From: Prevotellaceae bacterium UBA4301
GTDB lineage: Bacteria; Bacteroidota; Bacteroidia; Bacteroidales; Bacteroidaceae
Assembly (NCBI GenBank): GCA_002395775.1
Contig: DGUV01000075.1
Location: 30,677 to 94,676, forward strand
Reading direction: 5' to 3'
DNA: 64,000 nucleotides
The notes beneath the pieces were generated by a model that worked only from the letters and a program-made list of their open reading frames with translations, did not search any database and was not told the origin of the DNA. Position 1 is the stretch's first letter. The number at the start of each line of letters is the position of its first letter. Shown here piece by piece: positions 43,929-54,500 of the stretch. A program made the position numbers and the translations under genes.

Positions 43929-44951
43929 TTACTTGCTATTCTGCTTATAGTATTTAATCAGTTTCGGAACCACCTCCTCGACGGTGCCCGTGATGACGTA
44001 GTCGGCAATCTGGTTGATGGGGGCATTCTCGTCGCTGTTGATAGAGATGATGATGCCCGACTCCTTCATGCCGGCCACATGCTGGATGGCACCACTGATG
44101 CCGCAGGCGATGTAGACCTTCGGACGGACGGTGACACCCGTCTGACCAATCTGCAGGTCGTGGTCGGCGAAACCGGCATCGACAGCAGCACGCGAGGCAC
44201 CGACTTCGGCGTGGAGCACCTTGGCCAGTTCGTAGAGTTGGCCGAAGCCTTCCTTAGAACCTACGCCATAGCCACCGGCCACGATGATGCTGGCACCCTT
44301 CAGGTTGTTCTTGGCGGCCTGCACATGACGGTCCAAGACCTTGGTGACATACTCGGTCTCGGGTACGAACTTGGCCACGTCCTCGATGATGACCTCACCG
44401 GGATAGTTGGGGTCGAGTACCTCGGCCTTCATCACACCAGAACGCACAGTGGCCATCTGGGGACGGTTTTCGGGATTGACGATGGTGGCCACGATATTAC
44501 CACCGAAGGCGGGACGAATCTGATAGAGCAGATTATCGTAGTGCTTGCCCAGTTTCTTGTCGTCATGGGGACCTATCTCCAAAGCCGTGCAGTCGGCGGT
44601 CAGCCCGCTATGCAGGGCACTGCTGACACGGGGACCCAGGTCGCGACCCACCACGTCGGCACCCATCAGGCAAATCTGTGGTTGTTCCTGCTTGAACAGG
44701 TTCACCAGCACGGCCGTATGGGGCTTCGAGGTGTAGGGAGCGAGGCCCTCGGCATCGAAGATGTGCAACTTATCCACGCCATAGGGGAGAATCTGACTCT
44801 CCACCTTGCCCGTGATGCCGCTACCGACAGCCACGGCCTCCAACTGCACACCCAGCGTGTTGGCCAACTTACGGCCCTTGGTGAGCAGTTCCTGACTTAC
44901 TTCGGCAACCTTTGTGCCTTCAAGTTCACAATATACGAATACGTTGTTCAT
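43929..44951 (-). CDS. etfA: Electron transfer flavoprotein subunit alpha
   Basis: 340 aa with ...IVAGGYGVGS...RAAVDAG...QIGQTG..V.P..YIACGISGAIQH. Confidence 0.9.
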   Translation of the reverse strand: MNNVFVYCELEGTKVAEVSQELLTKGRKLANTLGVQLEAVAVGSGITGKVESQILPYGVDKLHIFDAEGLAPYTSKPHTAVLVNLFKQEQPQICLMGADVVGRDLGPRVSSALHSGLTADCTALEIGPHDDKKLGKHYDNLLYQIRPAFGGNIVATIVNPENRPQMATVRSGVMKAEVLDPNYPGEVIIEDVAKFVPETEYVTKVLDRHVQAAKNNLKGASIIVAGGYGVGSKEGFGQLYELAKVLHAEVGASRAAVDAGFADHDLQIGQTGVTVRPKVYIACGISGAIQHVAGMKESGIIISINSDENAPINQIADYVITGTVEEVVPKLIKYYKQNSK

Positions 44952-45838
44952 TATCCTATCGTATGACTTGCCAATAACTCCTTGACCAGTCCGTTGATGT
45001 CCTCGTCGGAACCAGTCAGTTGCTTACTCTCTTTGGCCTTGAAGACGATGTTCTCCACAGCCTTCACCTTCGTGGGCGAACCGGCCAGCCCGCACTGCTG
45101 CAGGTCGGCATTCACGTCGGCCGTAGTCAGTTGCTGAATACGCAGGTATTGCTTCTTGCCATACTGGTCGGCATAGGGCATATCCTCATAGGTCTGTCCC
45201 TGCGGCAACTCCAGGGGAGCCAGCGCACGCTTGAACTTCATCACACGCTTCACGTTGCGAGGGCGACAGGGAGCAGCCGATCCGTTCACAGTCAGCACGC
45301 AGGGCAGTGGGCTCTCCACCGTTTCCACGCCGCCGTCGATGTGGCGGGTTACAGTTATTTTACCATCTTTCAAGGAAAGGATTTCCTCCGTGTAAGTAAT
45401 CTGGTTCAGTCCCAACTTCTCAGCCACCTGAGGCCCCACCTGGGCGGTATCGCCGTCGATGGCCTGACGACCACCTATGATGAGGTCCACATTGGGGCAA
45501 ACATGCTTGATGGCTGTAGCCAGAGCATAACTGGTGGCCAGCGTGTCGGCGCCGGCAAATGCACGGTCGGTGAGCAGATAGCCGCCATCGGCCCCACGAT
45601 ACATAGCCTCACGAATAACTTCAGCGGCACGTCCGGGGCCCATAGTCAGAATCTGAACTGTGGTGCCAGGAAATTGATCTTTCAGTCTGAGAGCCTGCTC
45701 CAAGGCATTCAAATCCTCCGGATTGAAAATAGCAGGCAGTGCGCTGCGGTTCACTGTGCCTTCGGGTGTCATGGCATCGGGACCCACATTGCGCGTGTCA
45801 GGCACTTGCTTAGCAAGTACTACAATCTTTAAACTCAT
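44951..45838 (-). CDS. etfB: Electron transfer flavoprotein subunit beta
   Basis: 295 aa with MSLKIVVLAKQVPDT...NP.D..ALE.AL...GRQAIDGDT.QVGP. Confidence 0.9.
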   Translation of the reverse strand: MSLKIVVLAKQVPDTRNVGPDAMTPEGTVNRSALPAIFNPEDLNALEQALRLKDQFPGTTVQILTMGPGRAAEVIREAMYRGADGGYLLTDRAFAGADTLATSYALATAIKHVCPNVDLIIGGRQAIDGDTAQVGPQVAEKLGLNQITYTEEILSLKDGKITVTRHIDGGVETVESPLPCVLTVNGSAAPCRPRNVKRVMKFKRALAPLELPQGQTYEDMPYADQYGKKQYLRIQQLTTADVNADLQQCGLAGSPTKVKAVENIVFKAKESKQLTGSDEDINGLVKELLASHTIG

Positions 45839-45872
45839 ACGCTATTATATTAATATATAATGTATAAAATCG

Positions 45873-46183
45873 GCACAAAGGTACGAATAAGTGAGTAAAA
45901 TGCCAAACTTGTTTGAGCATTTTCGAACGGAAGTACCTAAAACCACAGGTTAGAGGTACGAATAAGTGAGTAAAATGCCAAATTTTGGAGCAACGAATGC
46001 AAAGATTTGCTTGCATAGTCTTTGCTGAGTCGCGACAAAATAAGGCCAAAGGCCAAACTTGTTTGAGCATTTCTTTCCCCGCTTCGCTCTGAAAGCGTCA
46101 CCCTTCGGGATGCCGAGCGTCGAACGGAAGTACCTAAAACCGCAAGTTAAAGGCACGAATAAGTGAGTAAAATGCCATGTTTC
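45873..46183. repeat. Family B: three promoter-like modules with hairpins in the etfB / lipoprotein divergent region
   Basis: aggtacgaataagtgagtaaaatgcca occurs at about 45879 and 45954, and as aggcacgaataagtgagtaaaatgcca at about 46151. Hairpins are gtacctaaaacc aca ggttagaggtac (45932-58) and its relative at about 46130. The real -7 box for etfB lies at 45876-45883. Confidence 0.8.
46077..46120. repeat. Family C element nested in a family B copy (filled site)
   Basis: ccccgcttcgctctgaaagcgtcacccttcgggatgccgagcgt interrupts gagcattt..cgaacggaagtacc. That flanking sequence is uninterrupted at 45914-45937, which is the empty site. Confidence 0.8.
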
Positions 46184-46262
46184 AAGGAGAATCCCGACAA
46201 TGTATAGGAAAATTCCCAAACAAGAATAGGGGAACACCCTTGCACAGTCGAGAATAATGCCT

Positions 46263-46270
46263 TATCTTTG
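46263..46270 (+). promoter_or_regulatory. -7 promoter box TATCTTTG
   Basis: TAnnTTTG match 30 nt upstream of the ATG at 46300. Confidence 0.5.
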
Positions 46271-46299
46271 CACTATCAAACCTTATAACAGACACAATT

Positions 46300-46878
46300 A
46301 TGAAAAAGATGAACAAGTACTTCTGGATGCTGATAGCCCTGATGGGACTGTCACTGACCCTGACCAGCTGCTACGACGAGGACGATAATATTGGCAGCTA
46401 TGTCAGCGGGCACTGGTTCGGCGACATGGATATGTGGATTGACGGTGAAAAGGCACGCGGCTCGGAAATCGAGTTCACGCCCACCGGCTGGGGCTACACC
46501 TCAGGCTATGGCTACGAAATCGACTACTACCGCTTTGGAAGTATGACTCACCGTTTCAACTGGCAAGTGCGCAACGAGGTCATCTACCTGACATTTGACG
46601 ACCCCGCCCTCGACTGCGCCATCGTGGACTATCGCCTGAGTTACTACAAATTCACGGGTTACATTGCCGACTATTACACGCTGGAGAACCTTACCTACTT
46701 CTCGCTACGCAACTATGACCGCGAATGGGACACCTACGGCTATGGCGGCTACTACTACGACCCCTACTATGTAAAGGGTAAGAAGGAGGCAACTAACGAC
46801 TCCATCATCACCGAGACAACGGAGAGAAGCGAACCCAAGTGCGTGCGCGGTGTGAACAGACGAAAAGCAACGAACTGA
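46300..46878 (+). CDS. Hypothetical Tyr-rich lipoprotein
   Basis: It has a signal peptide and lipobox (LSLTLTSC). The family is not recognised. Confidence 0.55.
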   Translation: MKKMNKYFWMLIALMGLSLTLTSCYDEDDNIGSYVSGHWFGDMDMWIDGEKARGSEIEFTPTGWGYTSGYGYEIDYYRFGSMTHRFNWQVRNEVIYLTFDDPALDCAIVDYRLSYYKFTGYIADYYTLENLTYFSLRNYDREWDTYGYGGYYYDPYYVKGKKEATNDSIITETTERSEPKCVRGVNRRKATN

Positions 46879-46883
46879 GGATT

Positions 46884-47573
46884 ATGAGAATCATAATCGG
46901 CGAAGACATCAGACAGCGGTGCCCCGAAATGACGGGTGCCGCTGTCTTGGCATCTGTCAGGAACACAGAGACGAACGAGGCCTTATGGACAGAAATTGAC
47001 CATTTTATCGAAGATTATCGTCTTCGCTACACTCCCGACAGCATCAAACTCATGCCCTCGATTGAAGCCACGCGCGAAGCCTACAAACGATGCGGCAAGG
47101 ACCCCAGCCGCTATCGTCCCAGCGGCGAGGCCCTGGTGCGGCGGACACTGAAGGGACATGACCTCTATCATGTGTCCACACTGGTGGACCTCATCAATCT
47201 GGCCTCCATCCGCTACGGATACAGCATCGGCGGTTTCGATGCCGACAAGATACATGGCGAATGCCTCACGTTGGGCATCGGGCGTGAAGGTGAGCCTTAC
47301 GAGGGCATTGGTCGCGGACCGCTTAACATTCAGGGACTACCAGTTTACAGGGATGAGGAAGGCGGAATCGGCACACCCACCAGCGATCACGAGCGCACGA
47401 AACTGTCGCTCCAAACCACTCGCCTTTTGGCCATTGTCAACGGTTATGACGGGAATCGTGCTGAGACGCTGGCCTGTGCACAATTCATACAGGAACTGCT
47501 GTCCCGATATGCCGAAAGCGACGGGGGCGAGATTATCCTTTTCTCCGCTAATGATAGTACCTTGGTTCCATGA
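46884..47573 (+). CDS. B3/B4 domain protein (PheT beta-subunit related)
   Basis: MRIIIGEDIRQRCPEM...YRPSGEAL.RR...LINLASIRYGYSIGGFD resembles stand-alone B3/4 domain proteins. The start was set at the ATG at 46884. Confidence 0.6.
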   Translation: MRIIIGEDIRQRCPEMTGAAVLASVRNTETNEALWTEIDHFIEDYRLRYTPDSIKLMPSIEATREAYKRCGKDPSRYRPSGEALVRRTLKGHDLYHVSTLVDLINLASIRYGYSIGGFDADKIHGECLTLGIGREGEPYEGIGRGPLNIQGLPVYRDEEGGIGTPTSDHERTKLSLQTTRLLAIVNGYDGNRAETLACAQFIQELLSRYAESDGGEIILFSANDSTLVP

Positions 47574-47634
47574 CGAGGAAGATGAAGATTACAAATTGTA
47601 GGCTGAAAGAAGGTTGTGGTCAGATAATTTTTCG

Positions 47635-47642
47635 TACCTTTG
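47635..47642 (+). promoter_or_regulatory. -7 promoter box TACCTTTG, only 4 nt before the GH115 ATG
   Basis: ttcgtacctttgtggtATG. This spacing implies a leaderless or near-leaderless mRNA if the box is used. Confidence 0.4.
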
Positions 47643-47646
47643 TGGT

Positions 47647-49860
47647 ATGAAACCACTGGCAACCATCGTTCTGCTGACCCTGAGCCTGCAAGTTGCAGCC
47701 TTCGAGTTACATCGCGGCGACACCCTGCGGATGGCATGTGACACAACCCAATTCGCCCCCATCGTGTCACAAGCCATCCGCATGCTGCAAGACGACGTCA
47801 AGCGAGTGCTTGGCAGTGAGATTATTCTCGATGAAATGGGCGATTTCATCGTCTGCCTGGACTCAAAAACATTCGGTGGACAGAAGGAAGCTTTCAGACT
47901 GGAGGTACAAGCAAATCGGCTCATCGTCACGGGAAGCGACAGCCATGGTGTGGCATACGGATTGTTGGAAATCTCCCGTCTCATAGGCGTATCACCCTGG
48001 GAATGGTGGGCCGATGCCAGTCCGAAGAAATTAGCATCGTTCAGTTTACCTCACGGATTCAGAAGCGAGCAAGCTCCCGATGTGGAATTCCGTGGCATCT
48101 TCATCAATGACGAAGACTGGGGCATGCTGCCATGGGCCACCACCCACGAACCCACCAATGTAAAAGGACGCATAGGGCCACGCACCCACGAACGCATCTT
48201 CCAGTTGCTCCTGCGACTTCGGGCCAACACGTTCTGGCCTGCCATGCACGAATGCAGCGAACCTTTCTTCCTCTGCAACGAGAACCGGCAGATGGCATCA
48301 CGCTATGGCATCTACATAGGTACCAGTCATTGCGAACCCATGGCTTGCAATGTGAATGGCGAATGGAAAGTGCGCGGACAGGGCGATTATGACTACACCA
48401 CCAACAGCAACCAGGTGAAGCCTTTTTGGGAAGAGCGCGTCAGGAATGTAGCCGGGCAACCCATCATCTACACGCTGGGAATGAGAGGAGTACATGACGG
48501 GGCCATGCAGGGTGCCCGAACCACCGAGGAACAGCGAAATGTGCTGCAACAGGTCATCCACGACCAGCGAGAGATGCTTAAAAGGCATGTTAATGCCGAC
48601 CTTTCGCACGTTCCCCAAGTTTTCATCCCCTACAAGGAAGTGCTTGATGTTTACAACTCCGGCCTCTCCGTTCCCGATGACGTCTGCTTGATGTGGTGCG
48701 ATGACAACTACGGGTACATACGCCACTTCCCGAACAAGGAGGAACGTCGTCGCAAGGGAGGCAACGGGCTATACTACCACATTTCCTATTGGGGGCGGCC
48801 ACACGACTATCTTTGGCTTGGCACCTTCTCCCCCGGCCTCCTCTTCCAGCAAATGACTACCGCCTTTGAGCGCGGTATCCAACGGATGTGGATATTGAAT
48901 GTGGGTGACCTGAAACCAGCCGAATACCAGATTGAACTGTTCATGGACATGGCTTGGGACATCGCCCGAGTAAAGCAGACTGGGGTTGAAGGCCACCTGA
49001 AACAATTCCTCTCCCGAGAATTTGGTTCCAAACTGGGAGCCCCACTCACCGCATTGCTGACCGAACACTACCAATTGGCCTTCGAACGGAAGCCCGAGTT
49101 CTTGGCCAACACACGAACAGAAGAACGCGACCCCATGTGGCGTACGGCTAAGGACCTGCCATGGAGCATGAGAGAAATCGACCAGCGCATGGCTCGTTAC
49201 CAACTCATTGAGGACCAAGTGGAAATGATGTGGAAGGAGGTCCCCGAAGCGCGTCGTGATGCCTTCTTCCATTTGGTGAAATACCCCTTGCAGGCAGCGG
49301 CCGAGATGAACAAGAAATGGCTGTTTGCCCAGAAAGCCCGTCACCATCTGGCCGACTGGAGCGAAAGCCACATGGCACACGACAGCATCGAAGCACTCAC
49401 CCGCATCTACAACCGAGGGAAATGGAAAGGAATAATGAGCTGCTGCCCTCGCCAACTGACCGTTTTCAGGAAAGCCGAAGAGGCAACAGGCCGGGAGCAC
49501 AACGAGGTCAGCGAATTCCGGGTCATCAAGGCCTTCAAGCCATTCCAACCGACGAAGCACTTCAGCGTCAGCCTCGACAAGTGCAAGGAAGATTCCGTAG
49601 AGGTTGAAATCCGATTGCTGCCCACCCATGCCGTCGAAGGGGATTCCCTGCGATTCCAACTTCGCATGGGACGATGGAAAAGCCCCGTCACCAACTTTGA
49701 AACCTACGGCCGCAGTAAAGAATGGAAGGAAAATGTGCTGCGCAACTATGCCATGCGCCGTTTTGTTGTGCCCATCCGTAAAAACAAGGAAAACACACTG
49801 CATTTCATGGCACTTGACGAGGGAGTTGTGGTGGATAAAGTGTTAATAAAGCAAAAATAA
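47647..49860 (+). CDS. GH115-family glycoside hydrolase (alpha-glucuronidase type)
   Basis: It has a signal peptide, FRGIFINDEDWG, LLLRLRANTFWPAMH and a length typical of GH115. Confidence 0.75.
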   Translation: MKPLATIVLLTLSLQVAAFELHRGDTLRMACDTTQFAPIVSQAIRMLQDDVKRVLGSEIILDEMGDFIVCLDSKTFGGQKEAFRLEVQANRLIVTGSDSHGVAYGLLEISRLIGVSPWEWWADASPKKLASFSLPHGFRSEQAPDVEFRGIFINDEDWGMLPWATTHEPTNVKGRIGPRTHERIFQLLLRLRANTFWPAMHECSEPFFLCNENRQMASRYGIYIGTSHCEPMACNVNGEWKVRGQGDYDYTTNSNQVKPFWEERVRNVAGQPIIYTLGMRGVHDGAMQGARTTEEQRNVLQQVIHDQREMLKRHVNADLSHVPQVFIPYKEVLDVYNSGLSVPDDVCLMWCDDNYGYIRHFPNKEERRRKGGNGLYYHISYWGRPHDYLWLGTFSPGLLFQQMTTAFERGIQRMWILNVGDLKPAEYQIELFMDMAWDIARVKQTGVEGHLKQFLSREFGSKLGAPLTALLTEHYQLAFERKPEFLANTRTEERDPMWRTAKDLPWSMREIDQRMARYQLIEDQVEMMWKEVPEARRDAFFHLVKYPLQAAAEMNKKWLFAQKARHHLADWSESHMAHDSIEALTRIYNRGKWKGIMSCCPRQLTVFRKAEEATGREHNEVSEFRVIKAFKPFQPTKHFSVSLDKCKEDSVEVEIRLLPTHAVEGDSLRFQLRMGRWKSPVTNFETYGRSKEWKENVLRNYAMRRFVVPIRKNKENTLHFMALDEGVVVDKVLIKQK

Positions 49861-49893
49861 ACAAGTTTATTTTCGTTTTCAAAGGCTTTGTTG

Positions 49894-49901
49894 TATATTT
49901 G
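49894..49901 (+). promoter_or_regulatory. -7 promoter box TATATTTG
   Basis: TAnnTTTG match 25 nt upstream of the ATG at 49926. Confidence 0.5.
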
Positions 49902-49925
49902 TGGCCGATAAAATGAAATGCGACC

Positions 49926-51557
49926 ATGAAAAAGATATTTTTCAGTCTGATTCTGCTCTGCTGCTCAGCAGCAATCTGTTCACAAGAACGTTTCCGCCCC
50001 ATGGAGGACGTAAACAAAGTCGTTGACCTCACACTTGATTCTCTCGAGAAAGCCCAAACGGCTCGTCCCGTTGCCGGGAGCAGCCGCAAGGGCAATAATC
50101 CGGTGCTTTTTCTCGTGGGCAACAGCACCATGCGCACAGGTACACTGGGCAATGGCGACAATGGTCAGTGGGGCTGGGGATATTTTGCTCATGAATACTT
50201 CGACGAGAATTGCATCACGGTGGAGAACCAGGCACTGGGAGGAACATCGAGTCGCACCTTCTATCGCAGGCTTTGGCCCGATGTGAAGAAGGGCATCCGT
50301 CCGGGCGACTATGTCATCATCGAACTCGGTCACAACGACAACGGCCCCTTTGATTCAGGCCGTGCCCGTGCCACCATTCGCGGCATCTCTGCCACCGACT
50401 CACTGGTTGTCACCATAAAGGAAACAGGAGTTCGCGAGACCGTCTATTCCTATGGCGAATACATGCGGCGCTTCGTTCGCGAGACGCGTGCACTGGGAGC
50501 TCATCCCATACTGATGAGCCTCACCCCCCGCAATGCCTACGACAGCCCGGGCCATGTCGGTCGGGTTGACAAGACGTTTGGTCTCTGGGCCCGGCAGATT
50601 GCCGAAGAACTGAACTGTCCCTTTGTAGATCTCAATGAAATCTCGGCACAGAAATACGAAAAGATGTCGGAATGGAAGTTCAACTATCACTTCTATCTCG
50701 ACCACATCCACACCTCGGCCTTCGGCGCACGGCTGAATGCCCGCTCGGCTGCCGACGGACTGATGCAATGCGAGCATCCCGAGGTACAGCCCCTGAAACA
50801 AATGATGAAGACCGACCTTCCCACCACCGGCATCCGTCGTGAACCTGGCAAGCCTGCCGTGTTCATCACTGGCGACTCCACCGTGAAGAACACCGACCGT
50901 GACGAGGATGGCATGTGGGGCTGGGGCAGTCAGGCAACCGAAATATTCGACACCACACGCATCACCGTCATGAATGCCGCCATGGCAGGTCGTTCATGCC
51001 GTTCCTACCTGCGCGAAGGCCGTTGGGACAAAGTCATCAACGACGTACAGCCAGGCGATTTCGTGCTCATACAGTTTGGCCACAACGACGCCGGCAAGGA
51101 ACTGGACTCGGGCAAGGCGCGTAACGACATCATGGGCACCGCCGACTCGAGCCACGTCTATCGGGTACGCACCGACAAGGAAGTCCGCAACGAAGTGGTT
51201 TACACCTTCGGCTGGTATCTCAGAAAGATGATTGACGACGTGAAGGAAAAGGGTGCAACCCCCATACTTGTCAGTCTCACACCCCGCAACGAATGGACCG
51301 ACGGCCGCATCGAGCGCCGCAACGACTCGTTTGGCCGCTGGTATCGCGATGTGGTGGAACTGACGGGAGTGCAGTTCATCGACCTTCACAACATCACTGC
51401 CGATGCCCTCGACCGCATCGGTCAGGCTGAAGCCCAATACTTCTACAAGAAGGACCACACGCACACCAGCCGCATGGGAGCCTTGCTCAACGCAATGGGC
51501 ATCGCCGAGGGACTGAAAGAGTGCAACAGCGAACTGGCAAAATACCTACTGAAATAA
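49926..51557 (+). CDS. Tandem SGNH/GDSL hydrolase (CE12 rhamnogalacturonan acetylesterase-like, two domains)
   Basis: There are two repeats, each with a block I motif (VGNSTM / TGDSTV), a GHND motif, and D..H(T) near its end. Confidence 0.75.
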   Translation: MKKIFFSLILLCCSAAICSQERFRPMEDVNKVVDLTLDSLEKAQTARPVAGSSRKGNNPVLFLVGNSTMRTGTLGNGDNGQWGWGYFAHEYFDENCITVENQALGGTSSRTFYRRLWPDVKKGIRPGDYVIIELGHNDNGPFDSGRARATIRGISATDSLVVTIKETGVRETVYSYGEYMRRFVRETRALGAHPILMSLTPRNAYDSPGHVGRVDKTFGLWARQIAEELNCPFVDLNEISAQKYEKMSEWKFNYHFYLDHIHTSAFGARLNARSAADGLMQCEHPEVQPLKQMMKTDLPTTGIRREPGKPAVFITGDSTVKNTDRDEDGMWGWGSQATEIFDTTRITVMNAAMAGRSCRSYLREGRWDKVINDVQPGDFVLIQFGHNDAGKELDSGKARNDIMGTADSSHVYRVRTDKEVRNEVVYTFGWYLRKMIDDVKEKGATPILVSLTPRNEWTDGRIERRNDSFGRWYRDVVELTGVQFIDLHNITADALDRIGQAEAQYFYKKDHTHTSRMGALLNAMGIAEGLKECNSELAKYLLK

Positions 51558-51593
51558 AACAACACAACAATACCAACATTTGAAGAGAACGAG

Positions 51594-54500
51594 ATGAAGA
51601 AGACTTTCATATTTTTCATGCTGCTCAGTGCGGCCACGACCGCGCTGAACGCCATCAGCTGGAAGGCCCCTGTGCTGAAAACCACAACCGACATCGATGA
51701 AAGCAAGAGTTTCTACCTTTACCATGTCGGCCAGAAGCAGATGCTGACCTACGGAGGTACATGGGGCACACATGCCGTGCTCGACAGCACCGGAGTGAAT
51801 GCCCTACCCTACACTTTCACCATGACGTTCAACGGCTACACGCTCTACAGCCCCCAAGCCGGGAGCATGGGCTACCTGTTCCGCGAGCACACAGGAACTG
51901 GCGTATATACCGACTTCAACAACAACGGCAACTCTTCACGCTATTGGGACTTCGCCCTGAACAACAATGGCACCTTCACCATCACCACTTCAGCCAGCGA
52001 CTACATCTGGGGACAGTCGGGCACCATGGTGACAAATGACGAATATGCCTATCAGCTGGGATGGGACCCCGATGCCCAGGACCTCGACAACAACGGAAAT
52101 GCCATGGGGAGCAATCAAGCCGTGTATATGCTCAAACCGAATGTCGCAGGCTACGAAACCCAATGGGCACTGATCGAAACCACCGAATACGACCTCTATC
52201 AAGCTCGTCTCCGACTCTACAACACTGCCTTGATAGCCGAAACCATCGGCATCGACTACTCGCCATACACAACAGCCTACAACGGCACCGACATTTCGGC
52301 CATCAATGCTGCCATCGATAAACTGAAGGCACAGATTGACGGAACTCCCGGTGAGGAAGAGGACACAGAGATGGGCGAAGCCATCTTCGTCACGCTCACC
52401 GACAGCAGCAGCATGATCTTCCCGAAGAAATACATCGAGAAACAGGAAGAAGACAAGGACGCACTCTTCTTTACACTTGTCGGCGACACCATCGTTGGTA
52501 TAGCCAAATCACACATCGTAAGCATCGACGAACAGTTCCAAGGCGAACTTCCACGGTTCCTGAGCTATAAGTTCAACAACAAGTTCAACGACCAACTCTT
52601 CACCGATGCCATTGGCGAGATTGACAGCATCAACAACCACATCACCGTCCAGGTGGGCTGCATCGGCAAGCGCCTGACACCTTCTTTCCAACTGCCCGAG
52701 GGGGCCAGTGCCTACGTCAACGGTGTACGCCAGCATAGCAAAGAGACACGCCTGCGTTTCGACGCTCCCGTACGTTACACGGTGGCCTATCCCCGCCAGT
52801 ATGTGTACAAGGTGATAAAGACCAAGGAAGCCATCTGGAGCAATCCGGAGACCTCAGACGAACAATGGCTCTCCAGCAAGGTGGAACTGACCGAAAGCAT
52901 GCTCTCGACCAATGCGCCCACTAACCACGGCGACCATCTGGCCAACATCCTCGACGGCGACCACAATACGATTTTCCATTCCACCTGGGGCTCAGGCGCC
53001 TACACCCCGCTCACCTGGTACGATGGCGCCACCTATGGCGACGGCACCAGCGAGTGGCCTTATGTACAGATTTCCCTGCCCGAACCCCTCTATCGCCTGA
53101 AGTTTGAATACACCACCCGAAACTCTGGCACCTACGCCCCACTGGGCCTCATCCTGCAAGGCAGCAATGACGGACAGACGTGGGACGACATACAGTCCTT
53201 CACCGTCAGCAAAGACAATCTGCCCACCAACAACGACGAGACCTACGTGAGCCCCGTCATCAATCTGGGTGGGTCATACAGCCAACTGCGCCTGCAACTA
53301 ACCGAGAGTCAGCGCAAGAACTATCTCGTGTTCAGCGAACTGGCCATCTACAAGGTGGAAGAGAATCCCGACTATCAGCAGCAGGAGCCCACCCTCATCT
53401 CCCCTGCCGAGTACCAGAAGGGCTTTGTTCCCTTTGGCTGTGACTACACTGTCGATGTCGATTTCCTCACCGACCATCCCACCAGCCAGTACAATGTTCC
53501 GCGCATCGACATCACCTTCGGCGACGGCGTTTCGTGGGACAATTCGACATGGATTAGCACCAAGGACACCTATTTCGATGCCACCATCAAGATTGACGGT
53601 GCCGGTGTCTTCCCCGACATGGTTGAGACGCCCGTGCAAATCAAGGGTCGCGGCAACAGCAGTTGGAGCGGTTCGCCCAACAGCAAGAATCCTTATCGCC
53701 TGAAGTTCGCCGAAAAGCAAAAGCCCTTTGGCATGACAAAGGGAAAGTCGTGGGTGCTGCTGGCCAACAAGATTGGCAACTCCATGACCACCAATGCCAT
53801 AGCCATGAAGGTTGCCGACATGGTGCAGTCCGACGGATGCAACCACATCGTTCCCTGCGAACTATACATCAATGGCCACTATCGTGGTTCCTACAACTTC
53901 ACCGAGAAGACCGGATTCTCCAACAACAGCATCGACCTCGTTGACGAGTCCTATGCCACCATGCTTGAACTCGACTCCTATTACGACGAGACCTACAAGT
54001 TCCACGATTCCTTCTACAACTTGCCCGTCAATGTCAAGGAACCCGATTTCTCCGACCCCGAGAACACCAGCCTCATCACCTTTGCCGATGTGAAGCAGGC
54101 CTTCAACAACTTCACCAACGACGTGAAGAACTCCACCGAATACGCCCTCTTCGACGTGCAGAGCTTTGCCCGCGCCCTCTTTGTCAACGACTTCGTGCGC
54201 AACGAGGAATGTAAGCATCCCAAGAGCTGGTTCATTTACAATGCCGACATCCTTGCCGACTCCCTCTGGCACCTCGGTCCCGTGTGGGACTTCGACTGGT
54301 CGTTTGGCTACGAAGGCACCAGCACCTACTTCGTGCGCAACGCCGAGGTTGACCTTTTCTCAAACATGGGCTCGGGCAACACGGGTTATCCCTTCTTCCG
54401 CCAGCTGCTGCGCGGCAGTGAGAAGGTAAAGAAAGCCTACTTCCTCCTCTGGCACGACTTCATCACCAGCGGAAAGCTGGACGAACTCATCGAGTACTGC

